DNA of 64,000 nt from an uncultured Chloroflexia bacterium (GTDB lineage Bacteria; Chloroflexota; Limnocylindria; Limnocylindrales; CSP1-4). Below the pieces are notes generated by a model. The model was not told the origin of the DNA. It saw only the letters and a list, made by a program, of their open reading frames with translations, and made no database searches. This document shows positions 43,706-53,497 of this stretch, one piece after another. Where the stretch lies: positions 1,045,013-1,109,012 of the forward strand of contig CAVUWY010000002.1 in the NCBI GenBank assembly GCA_963745405.1, read 5' to 3'. Position 1 is the stretch's first letter. Each line of letters opens with the position of its first letter. A program made the position numbers and the translations under genes.

Positions 43706-45874
43706 TCATGCCGCGGACGCCACCGCGTCGGCCGCCGCCGGGCCGTCGGCGAGCTCGAGATCGCGGTCGGCGAGGAAGCGGACCCGATGGGCGAGCAGAT
43801 AGGCCATGCCGTAGAGGAGCGCGACGACGAGGAGGAGGGCCTGGTAGCCGGTGATGAGGGCGAGGTACTCGATCGCCCCGCCGACCATCGCCCCGAGGAG
43901 GTTCGAGGCGAAGGCCATGTCGGCCGTCCGGGTGTCACGGAAGCTGTAGGAGAAGATGAGGTTGGCGATGAAGATCGGGGCGAAGGTGAGGGCGGCCGCC
44001 AGGACGTAGCGGAGCCAGGCCGGCTCGATGAGGAGTGAATCGGGCGGCAGGAGGTAGCCGACGGCGAGGACCGCCGCGAGGGCGACGTACATCGGCCGGG
44101 AATCGCGGATCGCGAAGCGGGCGTTGATGCCGATCGCCGCCAGGACCGAGGCGAGCACGGCGAAGAAGACGAGGCTGTTGACGATCCATGTACTGCCGAA
44201 CAGGAGACTGAACGTCACGAGGCTCCGCGTCTCGAGCAGGAGGAACGCGACGCCGAGGACGAAGAAGTGCGGGCTGAACCGCCGTAGCGACGTACCGGAC
44301 AGGTGAGCGCCCCGGGCGACCAGCAGCACCGCCCACAGGAGCACGAGGCCGAGCGCGACGAGGTAGTACGCGCCGATCCCCGGGTCCTTCAGGTACAGGA
44401 ACGGCCAGTCGTCGGTGGCGGGCGGTGGGGTGACCGCGACGAGGTCGTCGACCCGGTCGACGCTGTCGCCGGGGGGAGCGGCACCGTTGAGCGCGGCGAT
44501 GCCGGGGCCGTCGGCGAGGGTGGCCGCGTACCCGGCGGTCGCGCCGTCGGGGCCGGCCCCGACGCCCGCGTAGACGCGGGCGATCGGCGGTGTGCCGAAG
44601 CTCGAGGCGAGCATGCCGTCGAGCTTCTGCACCAGCCAGGGCTCGCGGTAGTAGTTGTACATGACGAAGATGCCGCCGGGCGCCAGGTGGTCCTTGACGC
44701 TGGCGAAGGCACCGGTCGTGAAGAGGAACGACTCGAGCCGCAGGTTGGCCGACGTGCTGACGAGGGTCAGCGAATCGGGCAGGGCGAAGATGACGAGGTC
44801 GTAGCGTTTGGGCGTCGTGTGGAGGAAGGCCCGCCCGTCGTCGACGTAGCGGTGGACCCGCGGATCGCTGTACGGCTGGTCGGGATGGTCGCGGACACCG
44901 ATCGCCTGGATCGCCGGGTCGATCTCGACCGCGTCGATCGAGTCGACGCCGTGGGACAGCTGGAGGGCGACGTCGGTGCCGCTGCCCGCCCCGACGATGA
45001 GGACGTTGCCGAAGTGGCGGTCCGGGAACCAGCGGTAGATCTGCTCGTAGAACGTCTGCCTCGCCTGGTCGACCGGCAGCATCGCCTGGTGGGGCACCCC
45101 GTTCGCGTCGATGGCGTGGAGGCCGCCATCACCGGTGTACTCGGACAGCCGGTAGTAGGGCGACCAGACGTCGCCACCGGCCTGGGCGCCGACCGAGAGG
45201 CCGACGACGCCGACCATCGCGATCGCCGTCAAGGCGGACCAGCGGGTCAGGCCGACGCCGAGGCCCATCAGGGCGAGCATGATCCCGACGACCGAGAACC
45301 ACGCCACCGGCGTCGTCCCCAGGGCGGACAGGACGCTGAAAGCCGCGATGCCCGACATCGAGCCGATGATGTCGATGGCGTAGGCCCGCAGCGGCGGCAT
45401 CGACGTCAGCAGCCCGCCGAGCGGCAACGCCAGACCGGCCATCAGGACCGTGACGAGCATGACGATGAGCGGCAGGACGAGGAAGTTCGCGTCGGCGGCA
45501 TGGCCCACGGAGCCGAAGAAGAGCTCGTCCGGAGACCCGAGCTGGACGTTGATCTGGGCATGGGTGACGAGCAGGACGACCGCGAACAGCAGCGGGCCGA
45601 ACGGCGAGATCGGGACGCGGCGCGGGTCGCGCCCGAAGAGGATCCCGGCGCCGATGCCGAGGAAGCTCGCCATGAGGAGGAAGTTCGAGAAGTAGCCGAC
45701 GTACACGACGTTGGCCGGCACCCAGCGGATGACGAGCAGCTCGACGAACAGGATCGTGGCGCTCGTGAGGAAGAGCCGAACGGCCGGACGGGCGAGGGCC
45801 GGGACCGGCGGGAGGATCACCGGCGCGGCGGCGCGGGGTGTGGGGGCGCGGTCGAGCCGCAGGTCGGTGGTCAC
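43706..45874 (-). CDS. polytopic membrane protein with central spermidine-synthase-fold domain and C-terminal TM bundle
   Basis: The GTG at 45874 overlaps the upstream stop (GTGA). The N-terminal TMs are followed by VLIVGAGSGTDVA...AVEIDPAI...DDGRAFL...YDLVIFALPDS...GGIFVMYNY, then five more TM segments. Confidence 0.85.
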   Translation of the reverse strand: MTTDLRLDRAPTPRAAAPVILPPVPALARPAVRLFLTSATILFVELLVIRWVPANVVYVGYFSNFLLMASFLGIGAGILFGRDPRRVPISPFGPLLFAVVLLVTHAQINVQLGSPDELFFGSVGHAADANFLVLPLIVMLVTVLMAGLALPLGGLLTSMPPLRAYAIDIIGSMSGIAAFSVLSALGTTPVAWFSVVGIMLALMGLGVGLTRWSALTAIAMVGVVGLSVGAQAGGDVWSPYYRLSEYTGDGGLHAIDANGVPHQAMLPVDQARQTFYEQIYRWFPDRHFGNVLIVGAGSGTDVALQLSHGVDSIDAVEIDPAIQAIGVRDHPDQPYSDPRVHRYVDDGRAFLHTTPKRYDLVIFALPDSLTLVSTSANLRLESFLFTTGAFASVKDHLAPGGIFVMYNYYREPWLVQKLDGMLASSFGTPPIARVYAGVGAGPDGATAGYAATLADGPGIAALNGAAPPGDSVDRVDDLVAVTPPPATDDWPFLYLKDPGIGAYYLVALGLVLLWAVLLVARGAHLSGTSLRRFSPHFFVLGVAFLLLETRSLVTFSLLFGSTWIVNSLVFFAVLASVLAAIGINARFAIRDSRPMYVALAAVLAVGYLLPPDSLLIEPAWLRYVLAAALTFAPIFIANLIFSYSFRDTRTADMAFASNLLGAMVGGAIEYLALITGYQALLLVVALLYGMAYLLAHRVRFLADRDLELADGPAAADAVASAA

Positions 45875-47046
45875 GGGACGTAGTACCCCCCGAACATGAG
45901 GACGGCGAAGAGCGTCATGAGGCCGGCCGAGAGGATCGGCCACGAGTGGCGGAACCACGAGGCGCGGCGGCCGGCGAGGATCCAGGCGTAGGGGAAGGCG
46001 AGCATCGCGATCCGCCCGACGGCCTCGAGGAGACCGCTCGAGAACTCGAGCCCCAGGGTGAGGATCGGGATGAGCCCGTACTCGAGCGGGATCCTGTCGT
46101 GGCGGAGGTAGACGAGGAGGAAGACCGCCACGCCGACGATGAGGAGCAGCGTCGCCTGGTACGGCGAGAAGAGGCTGGCGATGCTGCCGCCGTTCGCGGC
46201 GGCCGTGCCGACCCCCGTCCGGCCGAAGCCGGCCTGCGCGTCGAGGTAGCCGCTCGAGCTGCCGGTGAGCTGGGCGACGTAGAGCAGGAACGAGCCGGCG
46301 GTGAGCGGCCCGAGGGCGAGCCAGCCGAGTGACGGTCGCGGCCGCCAGCCGTCGCGGCGGAGGAAGACGATCGCGAGCGGCAGGAGGAGCACGACCCCCT
46401 GGAGGCGGCACAGGCAGGCCAGCCCGAAGAGCACTCCGGCGAGGAGGCGTCGATCGCGCTCGGCGGCGAGGAACGCGCCGACGGCGAGGGCGAAGAACAG
46501 GCTCTCCGTGTACGACATCGAGTAGACGGCCGCGAACGGGAAGATCGTCATGTACACCGCCGCGAGGCGGGCCCGGCGCCGCCCGACGACCGACTCGCCG
46601 AGCGACACGAACAGCCCCAGGCCGATGAGGAAGGCGACGTTGCTGACGACCACCGCGACGAGGCCGGCATAGGCCGGCCACGGGACGGAGAGCAGCCGCA
46701 CGACGGCCGGGTAGAGGGGGAGGAACGCGACGTTGCTGTACGTGTCGGCGACCGGAGCCGCGTGGTACCCGTCGCGGACGATGCCGAGGTAGAACGCGCC
46801 GTCCCAGCTCGTCAGGCTGCGGAGGATCGGGGCGTAGTCGCCCGACGTGAGGCTCGGGTTCCGGATGATGAGCGTCTCGGCGACGATCGCGGCGAACAGG
46901 ACCAGCAGCCGCGAGACGAGGAAGACCGAGACGAGACCACGGTCGAGGGCGACCGCGGCCCGCGCGCCGGCGAGCGCCGCGCTCAGGTCGAACCGGCGGG
47001 ATGGCGCCTGGGCGGACTCTGCCGCCCGTGCCGAGCCGGCGGTCAT
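45871..47046 (-). CDS. GT-C fold membrane mannosyltransferase-like protein (PIG-V/GT76-like)
   Basis: The ATG at 47046 overlaps the upstream stop (ATGA). Motifs SWDGAFYLGIVRDGY, AFLPLYPAVVRLL and MSYTESLFFAL are present. It is a paralogue of 14255..15487. Confidence 0.8.
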   Translation of the reverse strand: MTAGSARAAESAQAPSRRFDLSAALAGARAAVALDRGLVSVFLVSRLLVLFAAIVAETLIIRNPSLTSGDYAPILRSLTSWDGAFYLGIVRDGYHAAPVADTYSNVAFLPLYPAVVRLLSVPWPAYAGLVAVVVSNVAFLIGLGLFVSLGESVVGRRRARLAAVYMTIFPFAAVYSMSYTESLFFALAVGAFLAAERDRRLLAGVLFGLACLCRLQGVVLLLPLAIVFLRRDGWRPRPSLGWLALGPLTAGSFLLYVAQLTGSSSGYLDAQAGFGRTGVGTAAANGGSIASLFSPYQATLLLIVGVAVFLLVYLRHDRIPLEYGLIPILTLGLEFSSGLLEAVGRIAMLAFPYAWILAGRRASWFRHSWPILSAGLMTLFAVLMFGGYYVP

Positions 47047-47933
47047 CGCGGCACCTCGGCCGTGGCGGTCCGGTGCGGCAGGATGCGCGAGGTCACCGCG
47101 AGGATCGCGCCCCGGACGGTGAAGCCGGGCGTGCGGATCGCGACGCCGCAGACGCCTACGGCCATGATCGCGGTGAGCGTGTACCAGCCGACCGGGACGG
47201 CGATCGCGGCGCCGATCGGCACGGTCCAGCGGCGGTCCGTGCGAGCGCCCCAGGCGACGATCGCCGCGCCGATAGCCACCCGCAGCCACAACGGCCCCGG
47301 CAGGACCGGGAGGGTGACCTGCGTCCCGGTGTTGCCGCGCAGGACGTCGAACCAGTCGAACCACAGCTGCGGGGCCAGGACGAACGAGACGGCGACGATC
47401 GCGGCCGTCGCTCCGAGCGCGATCCCGAGGCTCCGCCACTCGCGCCGGACGGCGAACCAGACGAGACCGATCCCGGGAGTCACCTTCGAGAGGAGGACGA
47501 ACGACCAGGTCGCCGGCCAGCGGAAGCCGGCCACGATCGCGGCCGCGATGAGGATCTCGATATTGCCGAGGGCGATCGACGCGACCACGGGCTGGAAGAG
47601 GAGCAGCGGCAGGGCGAGTCGGCCGGCCGTCCAGGCCAGGGCGATCACGAGGATCATCGTCCAGACCGCCACGAACACGTTGAGCGGCAGGAGACGGAGC
47701 GGCGCCAGCAGCTGGGCGAAGGCCGGCGAATAGAGGTAGGCGTAGTCGCCACCGACCTGCGAGCGAGCGTACGGATCGTCGAGGGTGGCCAAGTAGTAGG
47801 CCTTCGAGTCCTGGCTCTCGGGGGCGCCACCGGCGAGCTGCCACGCGGCGTACAGGGCGCCGATGGCGAGGACGGCGACGATCGGTCCGTACCGCACGAC
47901 GCGGTCCGGCAATGCTGGGGTCATCCGACGCAT
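47043..47933 (-). CDS. GT87/DUF2029-like GT-C membrane glycosyltransferase
   Basis: A paralogue of 30791..31684. The start is uncertain (ATG 47933 or 47924, or GTG 47978). Confidence 0.78.
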   Translation of the reverse strand: MRRMTPALPDRVVRYGPIVAVLAIGALYAAWQLAGGAPESQDSKAYYLATLDDPYARSQVGGDYAYLYSPAFAQLLAPLRLLPLNVFVAVWTMILVIALAWTAGRLALPLLLFQPVVASIALGNIEILIAAAIVAGFRWPATWSFVLLSKVTPGIGLVWFAVRREWRSLGIALGATAAIVAVSFVLAPQLWFDWFDVLRGNTGTQVTLPVLPGPLWLRVAIGAAIVAWGARTDRRWTVPIGAAIAVPVGWYTLTAIMAVGVCGVAIRTPGFTVRGAILAVTSRILPHRTATAEVPR

Positions 47934-48033
47934 CTTCGGTGCAGTCCCGGGCGGTTCGGCATCCCCCGTGAGTACCACGGCCGCAGGATACCGGCCGGGT
48001 CCAGCCTGCCGGCCCGTCTCTACCGACGATCGC

Positions 48034-49242
48034 TCAGATGTTGTAGGCCCAGTAGACCCCGGCGAGGTTGACGACCACCCCGAACACGATGAGCGCTCGC
48101 CAGCCCCAGCCGAGGCCGCGCCGGGCGGCGGCCAGGGCGCAGAGCAGCAGCACGAACGGGATCGAGTCGAGCGCGTAGCGGTAGCCGTACTGGAGCCAGC
48201 CGCCGCCGTAGTAGAGCAGCGTCGGGATGAGGACGAGGACGGCGGCGACCGCCAGCCACCGGGCGAGGCCGGTCCGCCACGGCGCGAGGACCGCGAGGAG
48301 GAGCCCCGGGCTCGTCAGGAAGATCGACATGCCGAGGCCGTCGGGCTGGAAGTACGGCGGGTCGGGGATCGGCTTCGGGAGGTGGAGGAACAGGTAGTCG
48401 ATGTTCATCCCGACGTGGGACAGGGAGAACAGGCCCTGTTCGCGGAGCGCCTCGAGGAACGGTGGCAGCGTCGCCAGCGCGTAACCGGACTCGAACGGGC
48501 TCCCGAACCGGTCGTTGTTGTACCAGAAGAAGAAGGCCAGGCTCGGGAGGAAGCCCAGGGTCAGCTCGATCCAGGACTCGAAAGGCCAGGACCGGACATC
48601 GGTCCAGCGCCGGCCCTCCGGCGGCGACCAGACGAGGACGGCGTAGACGGGCAGGGCGAAGGCGAGTGGCGCCCGCGTCAGGAAGGCCGCCCCCGCGAGG
48701 AGGCCGATGAGCCAGGCGCGCCGCTTGCCGAGCAGCTCGAGCAGGGCGCACAGGGTGAGGAAGGTCGCGATGAGATGGCCGGTGTGCCACACCCCGCCCC
48801 GGGTCGTGACCCACCAGATGGCGGTCGAGAACCCGAGGAGGACGGCGATCCACAGGCGCGTGCCGATGGTCGTGACGCCCGCCCGGCCGGCCAGCCAGAA
48901 GGCGAGGCCGACGTCGACGGCGGCGATGACCGAGTTGACGATCGGCTGCCACGTGTCGGCCTGGAACGGACCGGTGAGCCAGACGAGCGGCATGAGGGCG
49001 ATCGCCGGAAACGGTGCGAACGGCACGAAGATCTTGCCGTCGGGCCCGTAGATCACGTCGTTCGGGCCCGGGACGAAGCTCAGCCACGTCTGACCGCGGA
49101 GGAACGCCGCGGCCAGGTAGAAGAGGTCGCCGCGTCCGGCATCGAACTGCCGCGAGCTCAGGAGGTAGATCACGAACGAGGCCGCGACGAGGACGGCCCC
49201 GGTGACGAGGACTGGCGCGCGCGAGCGCAACTCGGCGATCAC
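48034..49242 (-). CDS. GT-C fold membrane glycosyltransferase (ArnT/PMT-like)
   Basis: The GTG at 49242 overlaps the upstream stop (GTGA). The 402-aa polytopic product is a paralogue of 15539..16801. Confidence 0.8.
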   Translation of the reverse strand: MIAELRSRAPVLVTGAVLVAASFVIYLLSSRQFDAGRGDLFYLAAAFLRGQTWLSFVPGPNDVIYGPDGKIFVPFAPFPAIALMPLVWLTGPFQADTWQPIVNSVIAAVDVGLAFWLAGRAGVTTIGTRLWIAVLLGFSTAIWWVTTRGGVWHTGHLIATFLTLCALLELLGKRRAWLIGLLAGAAFLTRAPLAFALPVYAVLVWSPPEGRRWTDVRSWPFESWIELTLGFLPSLAFFFWYNNDRFGSPFESGYALATLPPFLEALREQGLFSLSHVGMNIDYLFLHLPKPIPDPPYFQPDGLGMSIFLTSPGLLLAVLAPWRTGLARWLAVAAVLVLIPTLLYYGGGWLQYGYRYALDSIPFVLLLCALAAARRGLGWGWRALIVFGVVVNLAGVYWAYNI

Positions 49243-50429
49243 CCCGGTCGGGTCGCGGGGATCCCGGGGCTCGCGGCGGCGGTCGGAGCCGTCGCCCGCG
49301 GTCGGCGCTCGGCCGTGAGGATCGGCGCGATGAGCCCGATGAACATGATCGGCGGATAGGTCGCCGGGCCGAGCCACGGCAGGAGCGGCAGGGCGATCGC
49401 CCACCAGTGACCTCGCTCGAGGAGGAGGGCCACCGGGATGAGGAGGAGCATCGCGTAATGCTCCCAGAGAAGCGGCGAGACGAGCTGGCTGCCGACGACC
49501 GTCGTCACGTACGAGGTGACCGGGTCCGCCCGCCACCAGGCGTAGAGGACGACGACGACCGTGGCGACGACGCCGAGCCACTGGACCGCGGTCGCCACGC
49601 CGAGCTCGACGCCCGCCCCGTAGAGGAGCGCGCCGAGGGTGAAGTTGTGCGGCGTCGTGACGGGAGCGCTGACCCGGCCGAGGATGGCCACGTAGTCGTT
49701 CCACGTCCCGGGACCGGTCACGATCGTGGTCGCCACCGCCGCGACGGCAAGGACGACGATCCCGATGACGGCTGCCCGGTAGCGCCGGGTCACGACGGCC
49801 CAGCCGAACAGCAGCGCCGGCTGGACCTTCACGATCGTCCCGAACGCCATCGCGACCCCCAGCGGACCCGGCCGGTCGCGCCAACGCCAGCCGGCGGCGA
49901 AGGAGAGGAACAGGAGCGGCCCGACCTGGCCGAGCTTGACCGAGTAGAGGTACGGCCAGCAGATGCCCGCCAGGAGGAGGACCGTCCAGCGGACGCTCGG
50001 GCGGACCGGGAGGAGAGCGCAGCCGAGGGCGAACGCGGCGGCGAGGACGACCGTCCAGACCATCGGCCCGCTCCCTGCCGGCAGCCACGTGAACGGGATC
50101 ATGAGGACGGCGAACGGCGGCGGATAGAGGAAGATCGCGAACCCGCCGGCGACGTCGACCGCCGGGTCGTATAACGGCTGCCCGGCCAACAGGCGGTTCG
50201 CCGCCTGGACGTACGCCTGGAAGTCGTAGCCGAGGGTGTCGCGAGCCGCCCAGGCGATCGCCGCCGTCCCGCCGATGAAGACGAGGAGGGCGACGATCGG
50301 GAGCGCCGCCCGGGCCAGCCGGACGGCCGGCGACGGGTCGGCAGGCGACGGGTCGGCGGCCGATGCGGAAGCGGGTGGCGCCGCCGGGGCCGTCCCGTCG
50401 ACCTCGGCCGCGGGACCGCCGGCGGTCAT
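49239..50429 (-). CDS. GT87/DUF2029-like GT-C membrane glycosyltransferase
   Basis: The ATG at 50429 overlaps the GT2 stop (ATGA). It carries DFQAYVQAANRLLAGQPLYD, FLYPPPFAVL and VKVQPALLF. Confidence 0.8.
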   Translation of the reverse strand: MTAGGPAAEVDGTAPAAPPASASAADPSPADPSPAVRLARAALPIVALLVFIGGTAAIAWAARDTLGYDFQAYVQAANRLLAGQPLYDPAVDVAGGFAIFLYPPPFAVLMIPFTWLPAGSGPMVWTVVLAAAFALGCALLPVRPSVRWTVLLLAGICWPYLYSVKLGQVGPLLFLSFAAGWRWRDRPGPLGVAMAFGTIVKVQPALLFGWAVVTRRYRAAVIGIVVLAVAAVATTIVTGPGTWNDYVAILGRVSAPVTTPHNFTLGALLYGAGVELGVATAVQWLGVVATVVVVLYAWWRADPVTSYVTTVVGSQLVSPLLWEHYAMLLLIPVALLLERGHWWAIALPLLPWLGPATYPPIMFIGLIAPILTAERRPRATAPTAAASPGIPATRPG

Positions 50430-51253
50430 CGATCGAGGCCGGGCCGGGGATCCACTGCGGCCCGCCGCATCCGGCGATGGAGCAACGGGATGCGGATGAC
50501 GTCGAAGCCGACCCGGAGGGCAAGGCCCGGCGAGGCCCGCATGCGCGATCCGCGGCGATCGGTCCAGCGGATCGGCACGACGGCGATCCGATAGCCCCGC
50601 CGCCGGGCGAGGTAGATGAGCTCGACGTCGAACACGATGCTCGTGATCCGCTGGTCGGCGAACAGGTCGTGAGCGGCGGCGCCGGTGAACCCCTTGAAGC
50701 CACACTGGGTGTCCTGGACGTCGCCGACGACCCACAGGCTGGCGAAGGCATGGAACGCCCGGCCGAGCAGGCGGCGGTAGAGCGGCTGCGAGCCGCGCAT
50801 GTCGGAACCGTCCGGCTGGATGCGGCTGCCGAGCGCGACGTCGTGGTCGACGAGGGCCTCGACGATGAGCGGGATCTGGTCCGGCGGCGTCGCCATGTCG
50901 GCGTCGGCGAAGACGATGAGCTCGGACGTCGAGGCCAGCATCCCCGCCCGGACCGCCGCCCCCTTGCCGCCGTGAGGGACGCTGAGGAGGGCGAGCTGGG
51001 GCGGGTCCCGCTGTCCGTCGCCCCCCGCCACCGCCTCGGGACGAGCCTGGACGAGGGCGGCCGTGTCGTCGGCGCTGCCGTCGTCGACGACGAGGACGTG
51101 GATGCTCTCGGGGAGTCGCCCGGCACCCGGAGCTCCGTCGCGGGCGAGCTGGCCGCGACGGCGAAGGTAGCCGAAGAGCTCGTCGAGGGCGGGGCCGATC
51201 CGCTCCGATTCGTTGTACGCGGGCAGGACGATCGTGAGCGTCCGCGCTTCCAT
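50426..51253 (-). CDS. GT2 polyprenyl-phosphate-sugar synthase-like glycosyltransferase
   Basis: The start is the ATG at 51253. Motifs LTIVLPAYNES, VVDDGSADDT, FADADMATP and QCGFKGF are present. Confidence 0.88.
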   Translation of the reverse strand: MEARTLTIVLPAYNESERIGPALDELFGYLRRRGQLARDGAPGAGRLPESIHVLVVDDGSADDTAALVQARPEAVAGGDGQRDPPQLALLSVPHGGKGAAVRAGMLASTSELIVFADADMATPPDQIPLIVEALVDHDVALGSRIQPDGSDMRGSQPLYRRLLGRAFHAFASLWVVGDVQDTQCGFKGFTGAAAHDLFADQRITSIVFDVELIYLARRRGYRIAVVPIRWTDRRGSRMRASPGLALRVGFDVIRIPLLHRRMRRAAVDPRPGLDR

Positions 51254-51341
51254 GGCGGGCAGTGTACGTTCCGACGCGGAGGACGACGGCGGTACTCTCG
51301 GGCCAGTTCTGACCGGACCCGACTGAGGCATCATCCCGACC

Positions 51342-52181
51342 ATGCAGTCGCCCTCGGACCTCGACGCGACACTCGGCGGGCCGTCGGAGGCGGCCTTCGA
51401 CCGGGGCCGATTCGTCCGCCGCCTGGCCGTCGCCGGCTCGTTCGCCGTCATCGCCGTCCAGGTCGCCCTCTTCGCCTGGGGCTGGATCCTCGACCACGAT
51501 CGGATCCCCCTCGGCCTCGACTGGCTCGGCTACCGGGCCGGCTTCGAGCGCTTCCTCGCGACCGGCTCCCCGTACGCCCCGTTCGAGCTGGCCGGATCGT
51601 TCACGCCCCAGCACCTCGACTTCATCCACCCGCCGAACTTCCTCGTCCTCGTCGCGCCGTTCGCGGTCCTCCCCCATCCGATCGACTTCATCCTGTGGGA
51701 CGCCGTCCCGATCGCGATCTTCGTGTACCTCCTCCGTCACCTCGCCTGGTGGGGCTGGCCGCTCGTCGCGATCCTCTCGACGACGAACTCGCTCCAGTAC
51801 CCGATCCTCAACGGCAACAGCTCGCTCTGGATGTGCGCTGCGTTCGGGCTCGGCATCCGGGTCGGCTGGTCGGCCGGGCTGCTGGCGATGAAGCCGACCC
51901 TCCTGCCACTCGCCTTCGTCGGCCTGCGCCGACCGGTACCCGCCCTGGTCCTGGCGATCGTGCCGATCGTGTTGACCCTGCCCCTGTTCCCGGACTACCT
52001 GACGGTGATCCGCAACATGGAGGGGATCCCGCTCTCGTACTCCCTGAGCAACTACTCGCTCATCGCCCTGGCGGCGCTGCCGTGGTTCGTCGAGTGGGTC
52101 GAGCGGCGCCGGCTGGCCGGCGGCCTCAGCCTTCGGCGGGGGTCGACGCGAGCGGGACTGGGGATCGCCCGACCGTCCTGA
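51342..52181 (+). CDS. short GT87/DUF2029-like polytopic membrane protein
   Basis: Listed 279-aa ORF with LDWLGYRAGFERFLATGSPYAP and LLAMKPTLLPLAFV. Its 3' end overlaps the convergent gene by 56 nt. Confidence 0.65.
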   Translation: MQSPSDLDATLGGPSEAAFDRGRFVRRLAVAGSFAVIAVQVALFAWGWILDHDRIPLGLDWLGYRAGFERFLATGSPYAPFELAGSFTPQHLDFIHPPNFLVLVAPFAVLPHPIDFILWDAVPIAIFVYLLRHLAWWGWPLVAILSTTNSLQYPILNGNSSLWMCAAFGLGIRVGWSAGLLAMKPTLLPLAFVGLRRPVPALVLAIVPIVLTLPLFPDYLTVIRNMEGIPLSYSLSNYSLIALAALPWFVEWVERRRLAGGLSLRRGSTRAGLGIARPS

Positions 52182-53391
52182 CCGGGACGGCCGCGACCGC
52201 GGCGACGACGAGCCCGACCGCAAGCCACAGGATCACCGGCGCGGCGATGGCCAGGCCGGCGACCACGAGGGCGACCGCGAGGAGGCCGCCGACGAGTGCC
52301 GCCCGCTCGGTGCCGTGAGCCGCCACTCCTGCCCACACGGCGAAGGGCACGAGCGCGACCGGGTAGTGGAACCAGGTGATCGGCAGGACCACGAGGGACA
52401 GGACCACGGCGATCGCGAGTGACGTCGCGGGCGGCCGTGCCCAGCGGGCGGCGATCGCGATCCCTGCCAGTGCCCCGACCGCGAAGACCGGGGCGAGTCG
52501 GCTGGCGAGCGACGGGTCGCCGAGCAGGAGGGCGAGCTGGCTGGCCGGTCCGATGTTCAGCGCTGAGACGAGGTCGACGCCGCCGCCCGCCCGGAGCACG
52601 CCGACGTAGTCCTGCCATGGGCCGATGCCCCAGACGACGAGGCTCGCCCCGACCACCAGGGCCAGTGCCGCGACCGCGGCGACGAGGCTCGTCCATGCGG
52701 CCGGCCACCGACCGGCATCGACCGCGGCGTCGGCGCCCCTGCCGCTGCGCCGCAGGCTCAGCCCGGCGATGGCGAGCCACAGGAGGAGCGCCCCCGGCTG
52801 GAGCTTGGCGACGGTCACGAGGCCGAGGGCGATGCCGCCGCCGACCCGCCAGCGCGACGAGCCGCCGAGGATCGAGACGAGGACGGCGCCGTAGGCGAGC
52901 GGATACCAGGCGTCGACGTTGCCGAACAGGAGGGCGATGGCGAACGGATAGATGAACGGGGCGAGGGCGAGGGTCGGGACGACGACGTCGACGGCGCGGA
53001 GCCGGCCGATGCCCGCCAATCCCATGGCCACGGCCCCGAGACCGAGCGTCGCCAGGAGGCCCATCGCTACCAGTACGACCGCGTCATCGAAGCCGCCCAG
53101 CAGCGAGGCCGCCTGGGCCACCGGCGGCGGGTACGAATAGAAGAGGCTCTCGACCTGGGTACCGCCGCCGACCGCCCCGGCGAGGTAGGGGCTCTGGCCG
53201 GCGGCGACCCGTCGTCCGGCGTCGAGGATCAGGGTCAGGTCGAACCCGGCGTGCGGCGGCTGCTGGGCGAGGAGTGTCGCGGCGAGCAGGATCAGCCCCA
53301 CCCAACCGGTGACGCCGACGACCGTCCAGACGAGCAGGCGGAAGCGGCGATCGGCGAAGGGACGGAGGAATTGGGCAGCCATCCGGGCCAT
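52126..53391 (-). CDS. GT87/DUF2029-like GT-C membrane glycosyltransferase
   Basis: Listed 421-aa ORF with FDLTLILDAGRRVAAGQSPY, FYSYPPPVA and TVAKLQPGALLLW. Confidence 0.78.
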   Translation of the reverse strand: MARMAAQFLRPFADRRFRLLVWTVVGVTGWVGLILLAATLLAQQPPHAGFDLTLILDAGRRVAAGQSPYLAGAVGGGTQVESLFYSYPPPVAQAASLLGGFDDAVVLVAMGLLATLGLGAVAMGLAGIGRLRAVDVVVPTLALAPFIYPFAIALLFGNVDAWYPLAYGAVLVSILGGSSRWRVGGGIALGLVTVAKLQPGALLLWLAIAGLSLRRSGRGADAAVDAGRWPAAWTSLVAAVAALALVVGASLVVWGIGPWQDYVGVLRAGGGVDLVSALNIGPASQLALLLGDPSLASRLAPVFAVGALAGIAIAARWARPPATSLAIAVVLSLVVLPITWFHYPVALVPFAVWAGVAAHGTERAALVGGLLAVALVVAGLAIAAPVILWLAVGLVVAAVAAVPVRTVGRSPVPLASTPAEG

Positions 53392-53497
53392 GCTAGACGC
53401 CCGTCGGGGCCATCGACGGGCGGTACTCGTCGCGCCTGGAGATGGCCAATTCGTACCGGTCGGAGGGCCTGATACCCGGTGCTAAGCTGCACCGGCC

